A stretch of 64,000 nt of DNA from Flectonema sp. DT1601 (taxonomy: Eukaryota): positions 186,001 through 250,000 of the forward strand of contig OZ025803.1 of assembly GCA_964019425.1 (NCBI GenBank). Reading direction: 5' to 3'. The translations under genes and the position numbers were made by a program. Position 1 is the first letter of the stretch. Each line of letters starts with the position of its first letter. The notes below the pieces were generated by a model, which saw nothing but the letters and a program-made list of their open reading frames with translations, made no database searches and had not been told where the DNA came from. Positions 36,906-49,358 of this stretch are shown piece by piece.

Positions 36906-37861
36906 AAAATCACGTGGGTTAAGGTTTTTTTTGATTAAGTTAAAGCCGAAGTCGTGGAAGCAATGCTTTACTGACGTATTCCATCTGCCCTACTTTTTTT
37001 TTCTCTCTCTCTTTTATTTTTTAAAACCATTAAGCTCCATAGCTACTGCATGGAAGTTGAAAAAAAAAAACAACAGCAGAGTTAATCTAGTAGTGTAGTG
37101 AATGTTCGTCTTAATTAAGGGAGACGCATCTGTGTATTTCTCCTTTCGTCCTAATTCTCATAGGTTAAAAAGGAGGATGATATGTGATGACACTACACAC
37201 GAGTTAAATTAACTTAATCGCTGTAATGATGATAGTTTTCTTATGTATTTTTTTTTTTTAAATGTGTCCCAAAAAAAAAAAAAAGAAATCAGAGGTACTT
37301 TAACAACAACAACAACGAAAAACTTTTTTTTTTTTTTTTTGCATTAACTGTTATTTTTAATTTTTTTGACGCGGTTACAAATCTCATACTGGTATTCAGT
37401 TAGCTTTTAGTTAAAACAAAAAAAAAAAAAACACCCTTCTCTTCAAGCCGAGATTGGCAAACGCCCATTCTTTACCCAATACACTGTTATCATTAACAAC
37501 GTAATTTATGTTTTTTTTTTTTTTTTTTTTTTATATCTTCAAAAAAAAAAAAATAAAAAAGGAAACCAGAAGAATGAATATATAGAGAGAGGAGGTATCC
37601 GCCGAAGTCCAAAGTCACATAATTTTTTGTTCTTTTTTTTCTTTCTTTTTCTTTTTTTTAGCTGATGATTGGAGTTTTCGCGTTATGATGTTTTATATTC
37701 ATCTTTTTATATAAATAATAATTTTTAATTTACTCCCCAACAGTAATATAAGGAAAACCTCTCTTGTGATTCTGAAAATGTTACATTTATCGTTTTTTTT
37801 TTATTTATTTATATTGTTGTAATGCAAATAGAGTATAGTTAATAGTTCAACAACACAACTA

Positions 37862-38128
37862 ATGTACGGATACGACCACTACACATTGCATCCTTACCGG
37901 CAGTCTCAGACTGATGTTGCGAGAGCTGAAGCTTTGGGACAGTGGGAGAAAAATCGAACTCAGGAAAGAACTTCTGTAATGGTTAACGCTGAAGTCAGTG
38001 CAATTTGTTCTCAAGCTGTTGATGAAAGACGTGATGTGATACTGAACACGGATTTCAGTCCGAGGAGAGTATTTGAAGAGCATATCGCTGCGAGACCCTC
38101 CGTTATGCCCCGAGCGTCATCGTACTGA
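37862..38128 (+). CDS. Small hypothetical protein, 88 aa
   Basis: Compact ORF with protein-like composition inside a very AT-rich intergenic region; no recognised domain. Confidence 0.55.
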   Translation: MYGYDHYTLHPYRQSQTDVARAEALGQWEKNRTQERTSVMVNAEVSAICSQAVDERRDVILNTDFSPRRVFEEHIAARPSVMPRASSY

Positions 38129-38303
38129 GTTATATCTAACCCTACACTTCATGTTACCACTTTATAACCAGATGTCGGTCTTTTTTCCTACCCACACATG
38201 ATAGCTTTGAGGCGTGTTCTTTGGCTTGCTTACTGAAAAAAGCATATTATAAAGAGGTGTAAATCTTTTGTGTGTTTGCGAAATTAATTATCTATTTTCT
38301 TGC

Positions 38304-38334
<31 letters not shown>

Positions 38335-38686
38335 ACGGCTTTGATAAATTAAAGGAAAGAAAAAAAAAAAAACCGAACGCCTCATTTTTTTTGTTCGTAG
38401 GCAATAACGAGCCTATAAAGGATCTATTACGTTATGTCTACAGAAGAAGGGGGAAAAAAAAAAAAAAAAAAAAAAATACGTTTTATCTCAAACTTGTTTC
38501 TGTAATGTAATTGTTTTTCTCATAAAAAAAAAAAAAAAAAAAAGAAACTGTTTTTACCAAAACCTGATTATATCAACCAATTCATTCTCCAAGGTAACCC
38601 AATGTATGATGTAAGTAATTCTTAGTAAGAGGGTCTTCTGAATGAATCGACTAACTAATTTTAAACCAGACAGACATCTAATTAAC

Positions 38687-41443
38687 ATGTCGCTCAAGAG
38701 AGAGCCTGACAGCGATCCCGCCGTCAAACAGGAAAAGAAAGAGCGGAAAGTTGGATTCGGAGATGTGAAGGTTAAGATTGAAGACCCGTCAACTACCCAG
38801 CAGTATGTCCAACAGGAAACATCTAAAGGTGTTGCGATGAAAGGAGTGGAATGGGGACCAGGAAAAGGAGAGGGTACATTTGAGAAGAGAGACGCACTGG
38901 TAACTGCTTTCTCAAGAGTCGCATCAAACGAGTGGGACACAGACGCTTGGCAGATGATATTAAGTGAGATTCGTGGACGTGACTACGCTGAAGTTGAAGA
39001 CATCTACGAACGTATTGCAAAGTCTTATCCAACTTCATCTGAAGCCCTCTGCGACAGAGCTGCAGCCATGGAAGCTGATTACCGCTACGGAGCAGAGGAG
39101 AAACGAGCACAAATCGATAAGTTCTTTATGTTAGTCATGACGTTACCGATGCAACACGCGGAGGTTTGGAGGACGTACACCGAATACGTTCAACGGAAAA
39201 ACGACTTTGGGCAGACTCAAAAAGCATACGCATTCTCTTTATCCCGTCTTGGTGATGATTACGAGGCTCACAAAATCTGGCGTGAGAGCGTTGCTTTCTT
39301 AGTTAAAAGAGGAGGTGAGTTTGGGATCCAAAATGACGTCCGTCGATCATACCACACTCGACTAGCAATCCCGACAGTTGGACTCGATGATATTTGGAGA
39401 GACTACGTTGCATGGGAGAAGACTGTTGGTCCATTCAAAGTACCTGAACAACTGCAAGCTGACTATGATAGGGCTTTATTCCATTACAAAGCTTTGACAC
39501 CAATTTTAAAAGAATTACAAACTAGAATGTTATCACGACCTTTAGAAGTTATTGTAAATAATGAGTCCTTGGTGACTCCTTCATCACCAATTACGAAGTA
39601 TGGAAGACCTGTAAAACAAGACTTTGAACAGGCAGCGTTGTGGTACCACGTGATTATGATTGAGTTTGGAAATCCTCTAGCGTTAGAGGCCAAAGCTTTA
39701 TCAAAACGTATTCAAGCGGTGATTACTAAAGCATTGGTACCGATGTTTAGAATTCCTTTGTTTTGGTATCTGTTAGCAAAACATCATTTCGATGTTAACG
39801 AACTCGATCTTTGCAACGTTGCATTCAGTAATGGCATTACCCAATGTCCAACATCACTCCTCCTAAGATTCGCATACAGTGATATGTTAAGACACTTGCA
39901 AGCAAAACATTCCTTGAAGACTCCCGTAACAAAATCTGGAGACAAGACGAAAATTCAAATAATATGGCAATCTGAAGGACAATATATCAGTGCTGGTGAT
40001 GATGAAAAGCAAGTGAAAGGAAGGTTCGAACGTTTAGAATCCTCAACACTCGCCATGGCGTTATTTTCTGACACAGTTGATAGATGGAAGAACAGTCATG
40101 GTGCAACTTCTTCTCAAAAAGCTCTTATTTGGGCTTTTTATATGAGATTTTTAAAATCAGCAGTCAGAGCTGATGGCTCAACTGAGAGATATAGACAAGT
40201 CTACAGTGAGGCAGTTCGAGACCCTTGTACTTTAACTGGAGAATTCTACAGTGCCGTGTGCAAGTTAGAAAGGAACATCCCTGTTGCACAAAACCCGTCT
40301 GATTCGTCTTCTGTCGAGCCGAGGAAGATTATCGCTGAAGGCTTCAGAAGACAAAAGGAAGAAGGTGAAATAAACCCATCATTCGTTGCAAAGTACGCAG
40401 ATTCACTTTGGGACATCGGAGACGACCACACCCTGCGAGTGTTATATTCAAATCTATTTCAAGAGAAGTCATGGATGAAACATTGCGACAGGAACTCTGT
40501 TTTCGAACTATTTAATCGATTTATTGATTTCGAATTCTGGAAGGGTGACCTCAAGACCCTTCACGCTGCCGAAGATGCTCGCGATGAGGAAATTGGTAAA
40601 TTAAAGTGTGGAACTCCAATGAGAAAACTTCTTTCACGTTACACATTCCAAAGTCTTTCTCCAGTGACAGAGGAGGAGTTGTTAGCTATTGAGGAGTTTG
40701 AGTTCGTTTATTTTAAGATTTTGAAAAATTCGGAGGGTGCCAACGAGGCAGGTACTGGGTCTGAAGATGTGCTCCGCCCCCACCTGTCAGCCAGGGACTT
40801 GGGTGTGAATCCGATTGAAGAAAATATTGCTCCTCACGGAAACCCTTTCAGACAGAGGGGAAGAAGGCTGTATGTTCCGGAAATTAGAACGAAATTCGTT
40901 TCTTTTGTAATCCCACCAAACAGAAGCAAGTGGTTGCCAACTGATGACCAAACCAGCGATAACAGCAAGCTACCAATGCCAGCTTCAGCTCTCGGAACTT
41001 GGCATCCTTCCAAAGCACCCCAATCAGAGATAGTTGGTGGAGGTGGTCGTAGGAAGAGTATCGCTGCTGATCTTGACACGTCTCTAATGCCCAGCACAGT
41101 TGCCCATCTCGCTCGAATCCTTCCAAGAAATACTTTTGAAGGAAGTAAGCCTAGAATTGATAAAATAATTCAATATTTTAAAGCTGCAAATTTCGACACC
41201 CTCGACCAGGGTCGTATCCCTCCTGAGAAGCTGCAGGAGGCTGCAAAGCTGCTGACGTCAAAAGGAATTGACATCTCTAATATAATACTTCCTGAGGTAA
41301 AGGATGAAGCTCGTTCAAAGATTACGAAACTTCGAATGGAAGCGAAGTCAAGTGGTGATGCCAGGGCTGTTAGAGTAGTTGAGAAATTACAATTGGCGTT
41401 GGCGATGATCGCAAACCACGCGAGACTACAACAGAATGACTAA
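38687..41443 (+). CDS. HAT-repeat protein, CstF-77/Suf/RNA14-like (mRNA 3'-end processing)
   Basis: WDTDAW..YERIAKSYPTS, VRRSYHTRLAIP..LDDIWRDYVAWE, W..I..E.GNPL, FIDFEFWKGDL; start taken at MSLKREP. Confidence 0.78.
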   Translation: MSLKREPDSDPAVKQEKKERKVGFGDVKVKIEDPSTTQQYVQQETSKGVAMKGVEWGPGKGEGTFEKRDALVTAFSRVASNEWDTDAWQMILSEIRGRDYAEVEDIYERIAKSYPTSSEALCDRAAAMEADYRYGAEEKRAQIDKFFMLVMTLPMQHAEVWRTYTEYVQRKNDFGQTQKAYAFSLSRLGDDYEAHKIWRESVAFLVKRGGEFGIQNDVRRSYHTRLAIPTVGLDDIWRDYVAWEKTVGPFKVPEQLQADYDRALFHYKALTPILKELQTRMLSRPLEVIVNNESLVTPSSPITKYGRPVKQDFEQAALWYHVIMIEFGNPLALEAKALSKRIQAVITKALVPMFRIPLFWYLLAKHHFDVNELDLCNVAFSNGITQCPTSLLLRFAYSDMLRHLQAKHSLKTPVTKSGDKTKIQIIWQSEGQYISAGDDEKQVKGRFERLESSTLAMALFSDTVDRWKNSHGATSSQKALIWAFYMRFLKSAVRADGSTERYRQVYSEAVRDPCTLTGEFYSAVCKLERNIPVAQNPSDSSSVEPRKIIAEGFRRQKEEGEINPSFVAKYADSLWDIGDDHTLRVLYSNLFQEKSWMKHCDRNSVFELFNRFIDFEFWKGDLKTLHAAEDARDEEIGKLKCGTPMRKLLSRYTFQSLSPVTEEELLAIEEFEFVYFKILKNSEGANEAGTGSEDVLRPHLSARDLGVNPIEENIAPHGNPFRQRGRRLYVPEIRTKFVSFVIPPNRSKWLPTDDQTSDNSKLPMPASALGTWHPSKAPQSEIVGGGGRRKSIAADLDTSLMPSTVAHLARILPRNTFEGSKPRIDKIIQYFKAANFDTLDQGRIPPEKLQEAAKLLTSKGIDISNIILPEVKDEARSKITKLRMEAKSSGDARAVRVVEKLQLALAMIANHARLQQND

Positions 41444-41887
41444 TATAAGTAAGATGACTGCTCACAAGTTAAAATATATATTCTGGAGATCATCACGCAA
41501 TACAAGTGTTACTGTGTGATCATCTTCTAGTCAAGCTTTCGGCTACAACCACAACCTACTACAGAACACACTAATACGTCTTTCAAAGACGGGCATGTGG
41601 TTTTCTTTCTTTGCATCTCTGTTTCGTAATTGAAGTGCGAGAGTCTAATAGTTTTTTAAAGAGCTCAGCGGATGTGATGTAACGCTGTGAAGTACTGATT
41701 GGTAATTACTCGACAAGAGTGTCGGACCCTGCCCTTCCCCTTTTCGGGGTTTCGCCCCGCATATCAGCCGGCCAGTGTTTTGGTATTTTATATTTATTAG
41801 TTTCGGAAGATGGAGTGATGGGTAATAAATATTTTTTGTATTATTTTATTTTCCCCCTGAAAAGAGTTATTCACATCGCGTATCAAA

Positions 41888-43115
41888 ATGGCAAAGGTTC
41901 TCCCCTTTGTGGTCGGGTCAGGAAAGACTGCGGCTGCTGACGTTATCGGTAAGGTTTTGTCTGCCGTAGGTGTATCGTTGAACCAGGTTTCGGTTGGCGC
42001 AGGATTAGAGGCAGCCAAGGGAAATGGTGGTGTTGCGCTCTCCGGTGGATTGACTAAGTGTGATCTGAGAACTTTAGGAGCACATAGTTCAGTCATGGAC
42101 ACCTCAGTATCAGCGGCGATCAACCCTGACGCTACTTTCAGAGATGCTGCTTTCACTGTCATTAGATCCAGAACATCAAACGTTAAGGGATCTGCTATCC
42201 CTCCTTCTGAGAGACTCGACAAGTTTCTAAAGGTTGGTATTAACCTCACTGAAGAGAAAGCCTCCATCACAGCTGACGCTCAGCAGACTGCCGCCGTCGC
42301 CTGCGCCGTCGCCAAGGAGAAGGGTTACACTAAAGTTGTTGTCCTCCAGAAGCAGCAGACTGCCCTCAAAGAGCTTAACGACACCTTCACCTCGGCCGTA
42401 AAGGAAGTTGTTAACGACGTATGTTATTTATGTATTTACATTCATGCCATTTGTCTAAATTAGAGTATTGGGGATTAATGCTACAAATATAGAGGACTAG
42501 AAAAAGAATAGTTTCAGTTGTGTAATTACTGAAATCCGACGATCATATTAATTAGGAGTCCAGTCGTCTTTTTGAAATAGAATTTAAAAAAAAAAAAAAC
42601 GACCAAACAGAATGGACTTTCAGTAGAGATCCAGAGCAGTCAGGAAGTTTCAAACAACGCGATTATGTTCTCAAAGGCTTTGGGAGTTGTTATCACTCCA
42701 GACTACGAGGCATCTGATGTGTTCTGTGGAGTTTCTACTGGTGTTTCTGGAGGAGTTGGCATGGCTACCGTATACCACTCTGCCGCTGACGCAACCTTTT
42801 TTGGTTCCCCAAACCAGTGTGAGACTACTCCAGCGTCATTCACTCCATACACCAACCCAACTGGTCTGATTTTGGGTGCTGCCGCCGCGTTGAACAAGAT
42901 GGGAATGACTGCTGAGTCTAAAAAATTATCTGCTGCCGTTCAGAAGACCTACGCTTCCGGAAAGTCACTTCCATCGGATGTTAAAGGAGTATGTGAATTA
43001 TTATAATCATAAAAAATACACTTCGTGTTTGTGTCAATGTTTCCTTTTAAAAAAACACAAACAGGGAAACGCAGACGCTGCCGCCTTTGCCGCCGCTGTT
43101 GCCTCCGTTGTCTAA
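41888..43115 (+). CDS. Divergent isocitrate/isopropylmalate dehydrogenase-fold protein (IDH3-like); exons 41888-42418, 42611-42988, 43065-43115, ~319 aa
   Basis: C-terminus NPTGLILGAAAALNKMG..AAVQKTYASGKSLPSDVKGGNA matches the IDH3/IPMDH pattern; two phase-0 GTATGT..AAACAG introns. Confidence 0.75.
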
Positions 43116-43925
43116 GTGGAACTAAGCAGTTCTTAATAGTTGGGGAACACTTGTCAAATAGTTCAGTAGCTTTGACATGTTCGTTCCTTTTCATTTTATT
43201 TTTTGTTTCTTTATTTTTCTAGTGTTGTTGCCCTTCCTTCGAATTTTTTTCTTGCTGTCGGTACTTTCTTCTTTTTGTGTGGAGTGGTATAGGGTCCGGT
43301 TTTCGGTGCCCTCGGGATGCTGCCGAACAAAATCAAAAAAAAAAAAAAAAAAGGCTGGAAAAAAGAGGAGAGGAAGATCTTTTTTTTCGGGAAAAAAAAA
43401 AAAAAAAAAAAAGAACGAAACAAATAAAATAAAAAAAAGTGGGGGGAACTCGTTGTTGTTAGGGGGACTAAAAAGAATTTATTTAAAAAAAAAAAAACAA
43501 GAAAACAAAAAAAATACAACAAATAAATAAATTTCTTATCACAGGAAAACGTCCCCTTGGGCCATACCGACAGCAGCAGCTCTTGTAGCTAATCAGGTTT
43601 TTTTTTTCTTATTTTCTTTTTTGTTTTCATTTTTTCTTTTCATTAACCCTTTGCTAATTCAAAGGGGGGTAGGGCAAGGGCTATCTATAGTCGTTTTTAG
43701 CAGCATTCTTTACACAACTCACTACCAGCAATTACTGTTAGCTATCTTTACAGGGACACATATGCCAGCCCATCCTGAGAAATTGTGAGTCAGGAATCTG
43801 CGTATTCTACAGCCTTGGGTAGACAGCAGAACAATTTGTTTTAAATCAATGCAATGCCGTGAACGTTCTGTCACTTTACTGCTGACCGTTTTTTTTTCCC
43901 CTTTTTTATGTTTTCTTCCTTCAGC

Positions 43926-43957
<32 letters not shown>

Positions 43958-43986
43958 TGAAAAAAAAGTAAAAAAAACAAAACAAA

Positions 43987-44718
43987 ATGTCTGATAAAGA
44001 GATTAATGATATCACAATAGTGGAAGACAAACCCGACGATGATATGTCGAAGGCCGAAACCGATGAAATTATTGCTGAGCCTCGTCCATGTGAACACAAT
44101 GATTGGGATGATGTGAGAACCAGAAAGGGTTATAAAGTTCTAAGATGTGTTGTATGTCAAGAGAAATGGAAATTACCATCACCTGGTGTGATGAGGTGTA
44201 TGGAATACCTTCATAACTGTTGTACATCTGAACATTGTGAAAAGTTACACGTCAGGAGAAAGAAGTCTTCCATTGAAGAACGTTATTATAAGTTTGGTGA
44301 CAAAGTCTTAGTAGGTGTTCATCAAGAAGATATTCGCTCTAATGCTAAAAGTTTGTTACCAACATCAGAGTTACCCACCAAGAAGAAAACCACATTAGAT
44401 ACATCAGATCAACAGTCTGTAGCAGCGACCATTTCATCAAGTTGCAGCACTAGTGGGTTATCAGCAGTGTCAAGTAGTGATAGTGTTATTAACCCCTATA
44501 TGTCGTGTTTTGCTCCTAAACGTGCTGCTACAAGTCGCGGCGGAAGCCAAGGAGTTTGCGGATGGACTCCTTCTTATGAGGACGCTGCTGATAAATGCAA
44601 CAGCCTTCCAGCTCGCGCGCTCATCCCCCAAGATATGTACGATTTTATGCGGCCAAGTGACGATAGTTCTGAAACAACATCCACAACTGGGATTGGATTT
44701 CTGGTCGGTTACTGGTGA
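43987..44718 (+). CDS. Zinc-finger-like protein (CxH..CxxC module plus CCCH-like module)
   Basis: PCEHNDWDDVRTRKG..LRCVVCQEKW followed by CMEY..CC....CEKLH. Confidence 0.7.
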   Translation: MSDKEINDITIVEDKPDDDMSKAETDEIIAEPRPCEHNDWDDVRTRKGYKVLRCVVCQEKWKLPSPGVMRCMEYLHNCCTSEHCEKLHVRRKKSSIEERYYKFGDKVLVGVHQEDIRSNAKSLLPTSELPTKKKTTLDTSDQQSVAATISSSCSTSGLSAVSSSDSVINPYMSCFAPKRAATSRGGSQGVCGWTPSYEDAADKCNSLPARALIPQDMYDFMRPSDDSSETTSTTGIGFLVGYW

Positions 44719-44730
44719 ATACATTTCGAT

Positions 44731-44770
<40 letters not shown>

Positions 44771-45053
44771 CTTCTTTCATACCGCACAGTCTTAAGGAAA
44801 TAAAATTACCATATCACTATTGTCGAAGAACTATCCACTTATTATGTAAATAAATGCTTTACCTGTTTCGTAGTGAAAAATCTGACACTGTTAGCCTCAT
44901 TAACGTATCTGGTTTATTTATTACGACATCAGGAATAGGCAATGCTTATTCTTCCAGTGAAAAACATACGATGAAAAATTATCAATAGAAATAGCTGTGT
45001 TATATTTTGAAAAAAAAAGAAAAAAGCATCCCTTCCCGAAAGTTTTTTGCAAT

Positions 45054-45087
<34 letters not shown>

Positions 45088-47365
45088 AAATTCCCCCGCT
45101 CCCTGACGTTTTTTTCTTCCAGTAATCAGCGTGAGACATTTGCTCACTGCAGCCGTATTCAGACTTCTGGTTTTTAAGAAGTTTGAGTTTGAGTCTTTCC
45201 TCCCCCTTCTCTTTTTCCTTTGTTGTTATTGTTAAGTTCTGTTTCTTCCTTTTCCCGGTGCCCTTCAATAAAGAGGGATAGTAGTAGTAATGGCGTAAGA
45301 GAAAATGATAGCTCTGTGTTTTTTTTTCTTTTTTTTTTTTTCTTTCTTTTTTTTGTTCCTTTCCCCCCTCAACCTTCTGCCCATAGTAATTGTATCTGTA
45401 ACAGACAATCATTGTGCTGTTATGTGATATATAATATAGATGTTTCTTCTTTTAACGAGAAGAAAAAAAAAGAACGAACGATCATTTATAGAATTAAGAC
45501 TACAAGGCTGTGATCATGCCTCTTTGAGTGATACAGTTAAGGAACCGTGGTTCTAGACATCGATTACTCGCCCTTTGAGAAGTTATTCACAGTTGCGGTA
45601 GTTCATTTGTCCTTATTTTTTCATTTTTTTTTTTTTTTTTTTTTTATTATGAGCAGAAACTTCAGTATATCTTGGTGACCCTATTCTCTGTTTCCAGGGT
45701 GTGTCATATTCTTTTCCTTTGTTAAGTTGGATTTATGATTGGGGGAAAAAAAAAGAACTGTAATCAGTGTAATCTCATTTAGCTTTCACAGTCACGCGGA
45801 CGTGATGTAGTTTCATACGCAAACTAGACGGTGTTTATCTTGTGTCAGCGAATAGTCCACTGTTGTGGAAAAAGAAAAAAAGAATTCGACAACAACCGGG
45901 TTTTCGGTTTATTTGGGAACGATTTATTTTCTGAGTTGAGCATTCACTCCATGCTGTCACATTTTTTTTTTTTCCCCTTCCCCCAACTCGTCAAACTTGT
46001 CTTTTTTAGGAAGAAGAAGTGTCTAATGTTGCTATTCCTCCCTCCAACAAAATATCAATTTACGTTTTCCTAAACTGTTTTTTTTTTTTTTTTTCTTTGG
46101 CAAAAAATTAAGGCTACTATGTGGTTAATTCTGGTATCCCGACATACAATTTTACATCTCCGTTCTGTTTCTTAAAACAAGCTTCTATTTTTTTTTTTTT
46201 TTTTTTTTGACACTTGCGAACAATAACGGACAATTATTATTATTATTATTATTATTATGATTATTATTTTTTATTTTTTTTTGTTTGGGTTACCTTTTCT
46301 TGTTAGAAAATCTTTTTGTTGAAACAAAAAAAAAAACAACAACAACAACAACAACAACAACATCAACGTCAAACAGAAGTAGCAGCAGCATTATTCACCT
46401 CTGATCCAATCAGGGAATATGAATGTTGAGTTCTTGGAGAAGCCTTCACAGCTGTGTTATATATGAAAGAGTCCTATAGACCCATTGGTCATGTTCTCCT
46501 CTTCTCTGAGAATGAGAATTTCACAGAATGTCCTTCCCCTGGATTCTCGACTAGTAATAATGATATAGAGTTTTTTTTATATTTTAATAAAAGAAACAAA
46601 AGTAACTACACTCCAGTCCTGCAAACTGGAGTGCTTCAGTCTGAATAATTGATTGACTTACTTCTACACCATACTGATGAGAGAGAATAGAGGTAAGAGG
46701 TATATGGATTACTCTCGAAACCTAATAGTTACTTTAAAAGGCTAAGTTAAGCATCACCATAGTCACTGTATCCTTAACAGATGTTAAACCATCGCTATGT
46801 TAATGCGATACAAAACAGTTGTATTTTACAAATTCAAACATTTAATTCCCCTGGATTAAATATCTCAGAAGGAATCTCGATAAAACTGCGGAGCTTGTTT
46901 CTTAGTCTTCAGGTGTTTGTCTCTTGTCACCCTCAGATGTGCGGCATCTCAGAAGAATAAACAAAAATATAAATTTTTTTGTCATTTTTTGTCATTTTTT
47001 TTTTTTACTCCCTTTTTTTCTTTTCCCCCCTCCTTTCTTTACTTAGTTATTTGTCACCCCAAGTTTGTTTGTTTTTTTTGGCAAGTTAGTCTGCATCAAA
47101 GATTTTCATATTGCTCTGATATTGGTTTTTACATCATTTGTAAAGTGTTTTTACCAAAAGTGATATCCCTGTCGGGATATGGTTACATAAAGCGTTCAAC
47201 TGATGTATTGGTATCTTCATCGTCCCTTTTTTTTTTTTTTTGTTCTCACAGGTTGGTTAGTCACTCCCAGGATATAGAGCGTGTTTTTATTGCTTTTGTG
47301 TTATTCTTCCTATCATCACCTTTTCTCAGATTTAAGAAAAAAAAAAAAAAAAACCACACCAAAAA

Positions 47366-47651
47366 ATGCATTTAATGATGTACATGGACCCTAAGTCTGG
47401 GGACAGGTTTGTTTGTTTTTCTTGTTATGCGCTTGGTTTAGAAAAGAAAATGTAAAAAATAAAAAAAAAATAAAAAAACACACATCTAAAACAGAGTTTA
47501 CACTTTGAAGAAAGTTGATCCTTTTGGTAATCCATCCCAGTCTGCTCACCCAGCGAGATTCTCACCTGATGACCAGTACTCCCGTGAGCGTGTCACCATC
47601 AAGCAGAAGCACAAGGTACTTATGACTGACACTCCACAGAGAGAACTGTAG
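47366..47651 (+). CDS. NOP10: H/ACA snoRNP subunit NOP10; exons 47366-47406 and 47495-47651, 65 aa (absent from ORF track)
   Basis: Spliced product [50 protein letters not shown] carries the [11 protein letters not shown] signature. Confidence 0.96.
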
Positions 47652-48840
47652 TTCAATTGATCAGCTGTGTTGTGTTTTTTTTCTTTCTTTTCTTTTCCCC
47701 CTTAGCATTGTAATGATAATAAGCTTTTTTTTAATTTTTTTTTTAATTTTTTTGAAGGACGATAGTGTAGTAGTGTATCACTCATTGGGAAGGAAGAAAT
47801 GGGAAAACAAAAATAACGACTTGCACTGCCTGACGGAATAAATACATCGGTAGTAGCCGTGGTGAGAAAATTTATAACATCAAGTTGCGTGCCCTCTGCT
47901 TTCCTTCCCTTCTCATGTTTTTTTTTCTCCCGCATTTTTATCTTTTCATCTTCATCAGTCCTGCAATGAATTTCTTTTTTTTTTTTTTTTTTTTCATTCA
48001 TCTGAAGTGAGAGTTTCGTTCTCTTATGTCGGGGAAAATGAAAAAAAAAAAAAAAAAAAAAGCCATAGTGTCCTCATCACTGCAAGAGGGGGTTACATCG
48101 CCTCCCTTTTTATATTTATTGGCAAACTCTCTTGTCTTTTGTTTCAAAAAAAAAAAAAAAAAAATCTTACGTATTCAGCGGGAAGCTTCATTCAAGATTA
48201 TTTTTTACGATAATTTCGTGATTTTTTTTTTCTCTCTCTTTATTTTTGTTACAGGCACACCATGAAATACACACGGAGAGACTCAGAATTCACGGGCAGT
48301 TATTGAAGGATTCTGCGTCACTATGCTGGCTTTTTAGGATACCTGTGTAAAGTAAAAAAATTACTAATTATTATTCTGCTGACTAGTCATTCATAATCAT
48401 TCCCTTCACACACAGGACGAGATTGAGTGTTTTTTTATACTTTAGGTACACTATCAAATATATACACAGATACACACTTTGATAAATTATTTTCTTACAA
48501 AAAAACAGTTTTATCGAACTCAAGAGTTGGTTGGAAACAAAAAAAAAAATGTCCATCCACAGTCACAATCACTTTCATGCCACTCCTCGTAGATTTCGTT
48601 GTGATTCTGGCGACTTATCAGAGAGAGTGAGAGACGTGTTTCCGTTGGAAGTATTTTTAGAAATATTCCACGATAGGAATCATCATTCAGCGTCTGTGTC
48701 TCCTCCTGTGATTCGGAGAGAAGTATTTATTGGAAATGAACTAATCCCCAGTCACATACCTACTGATGAGTGGTTTTATCTAGATAGGCAAATTACACTG
48801 TCTCGGGGACTATGGGATGCTTTATAAGCTTCACGATTGA

Positions 48841-48990
48841 TGTGATGTGATGTGATGTGATGTGATGTGATGTGATGTGATGTGATGTGATGTGATGTGA
48901 TGTGATGTGATGTGATGTGATGTGATGTGATGTGATGTGATGTGATGTGATGTGATGTGATGTGATGTGATGTGATGTGATGTGATGTGA
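48841..48990. repeat. (TGTGA)30 microsatellite followed by a poly-T tract
   Basis: Perfect pentanucleotide run. Confidence 0.98.
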
Positions 48991-48991
48991 T

Positions 48992-49027
<36 letters not shown>

Positions 49028-49358
49028 TTTACACCGCCCTAAACGAAAATTCGTTATTTATTATTACAACCATCTCTCAGGGACGTGGAGTAGAATTATT
49101 TATTGTAGATTGTTTTTTTACGACGGGAAAAAAAAAAGAAAACTATTCAGATAAGCCTTGCGTTTCGTTGAACGCAGACAGAATCCTGTCCCACAGAGAT
49201 CATAGGAAATATCGGCTTTCAATCTGAATGGTTTCCTCTCCGAAAAGAAAATCCATCGCTTAACCATCTTGTCTTTTTGTTATCTTTTTGTAGCTTCTCT
49301 GGGAAGATTATTTCATTGTCGCTTGTAGGTAATTATTGAATTGAAACAAAGAGAAACC

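Noticed and set aside
41888..41930. GSGKT as a P-loop
   Set aside because: It lies at the N-terminus of an IDH-fold protein with no other NTPase motifs.
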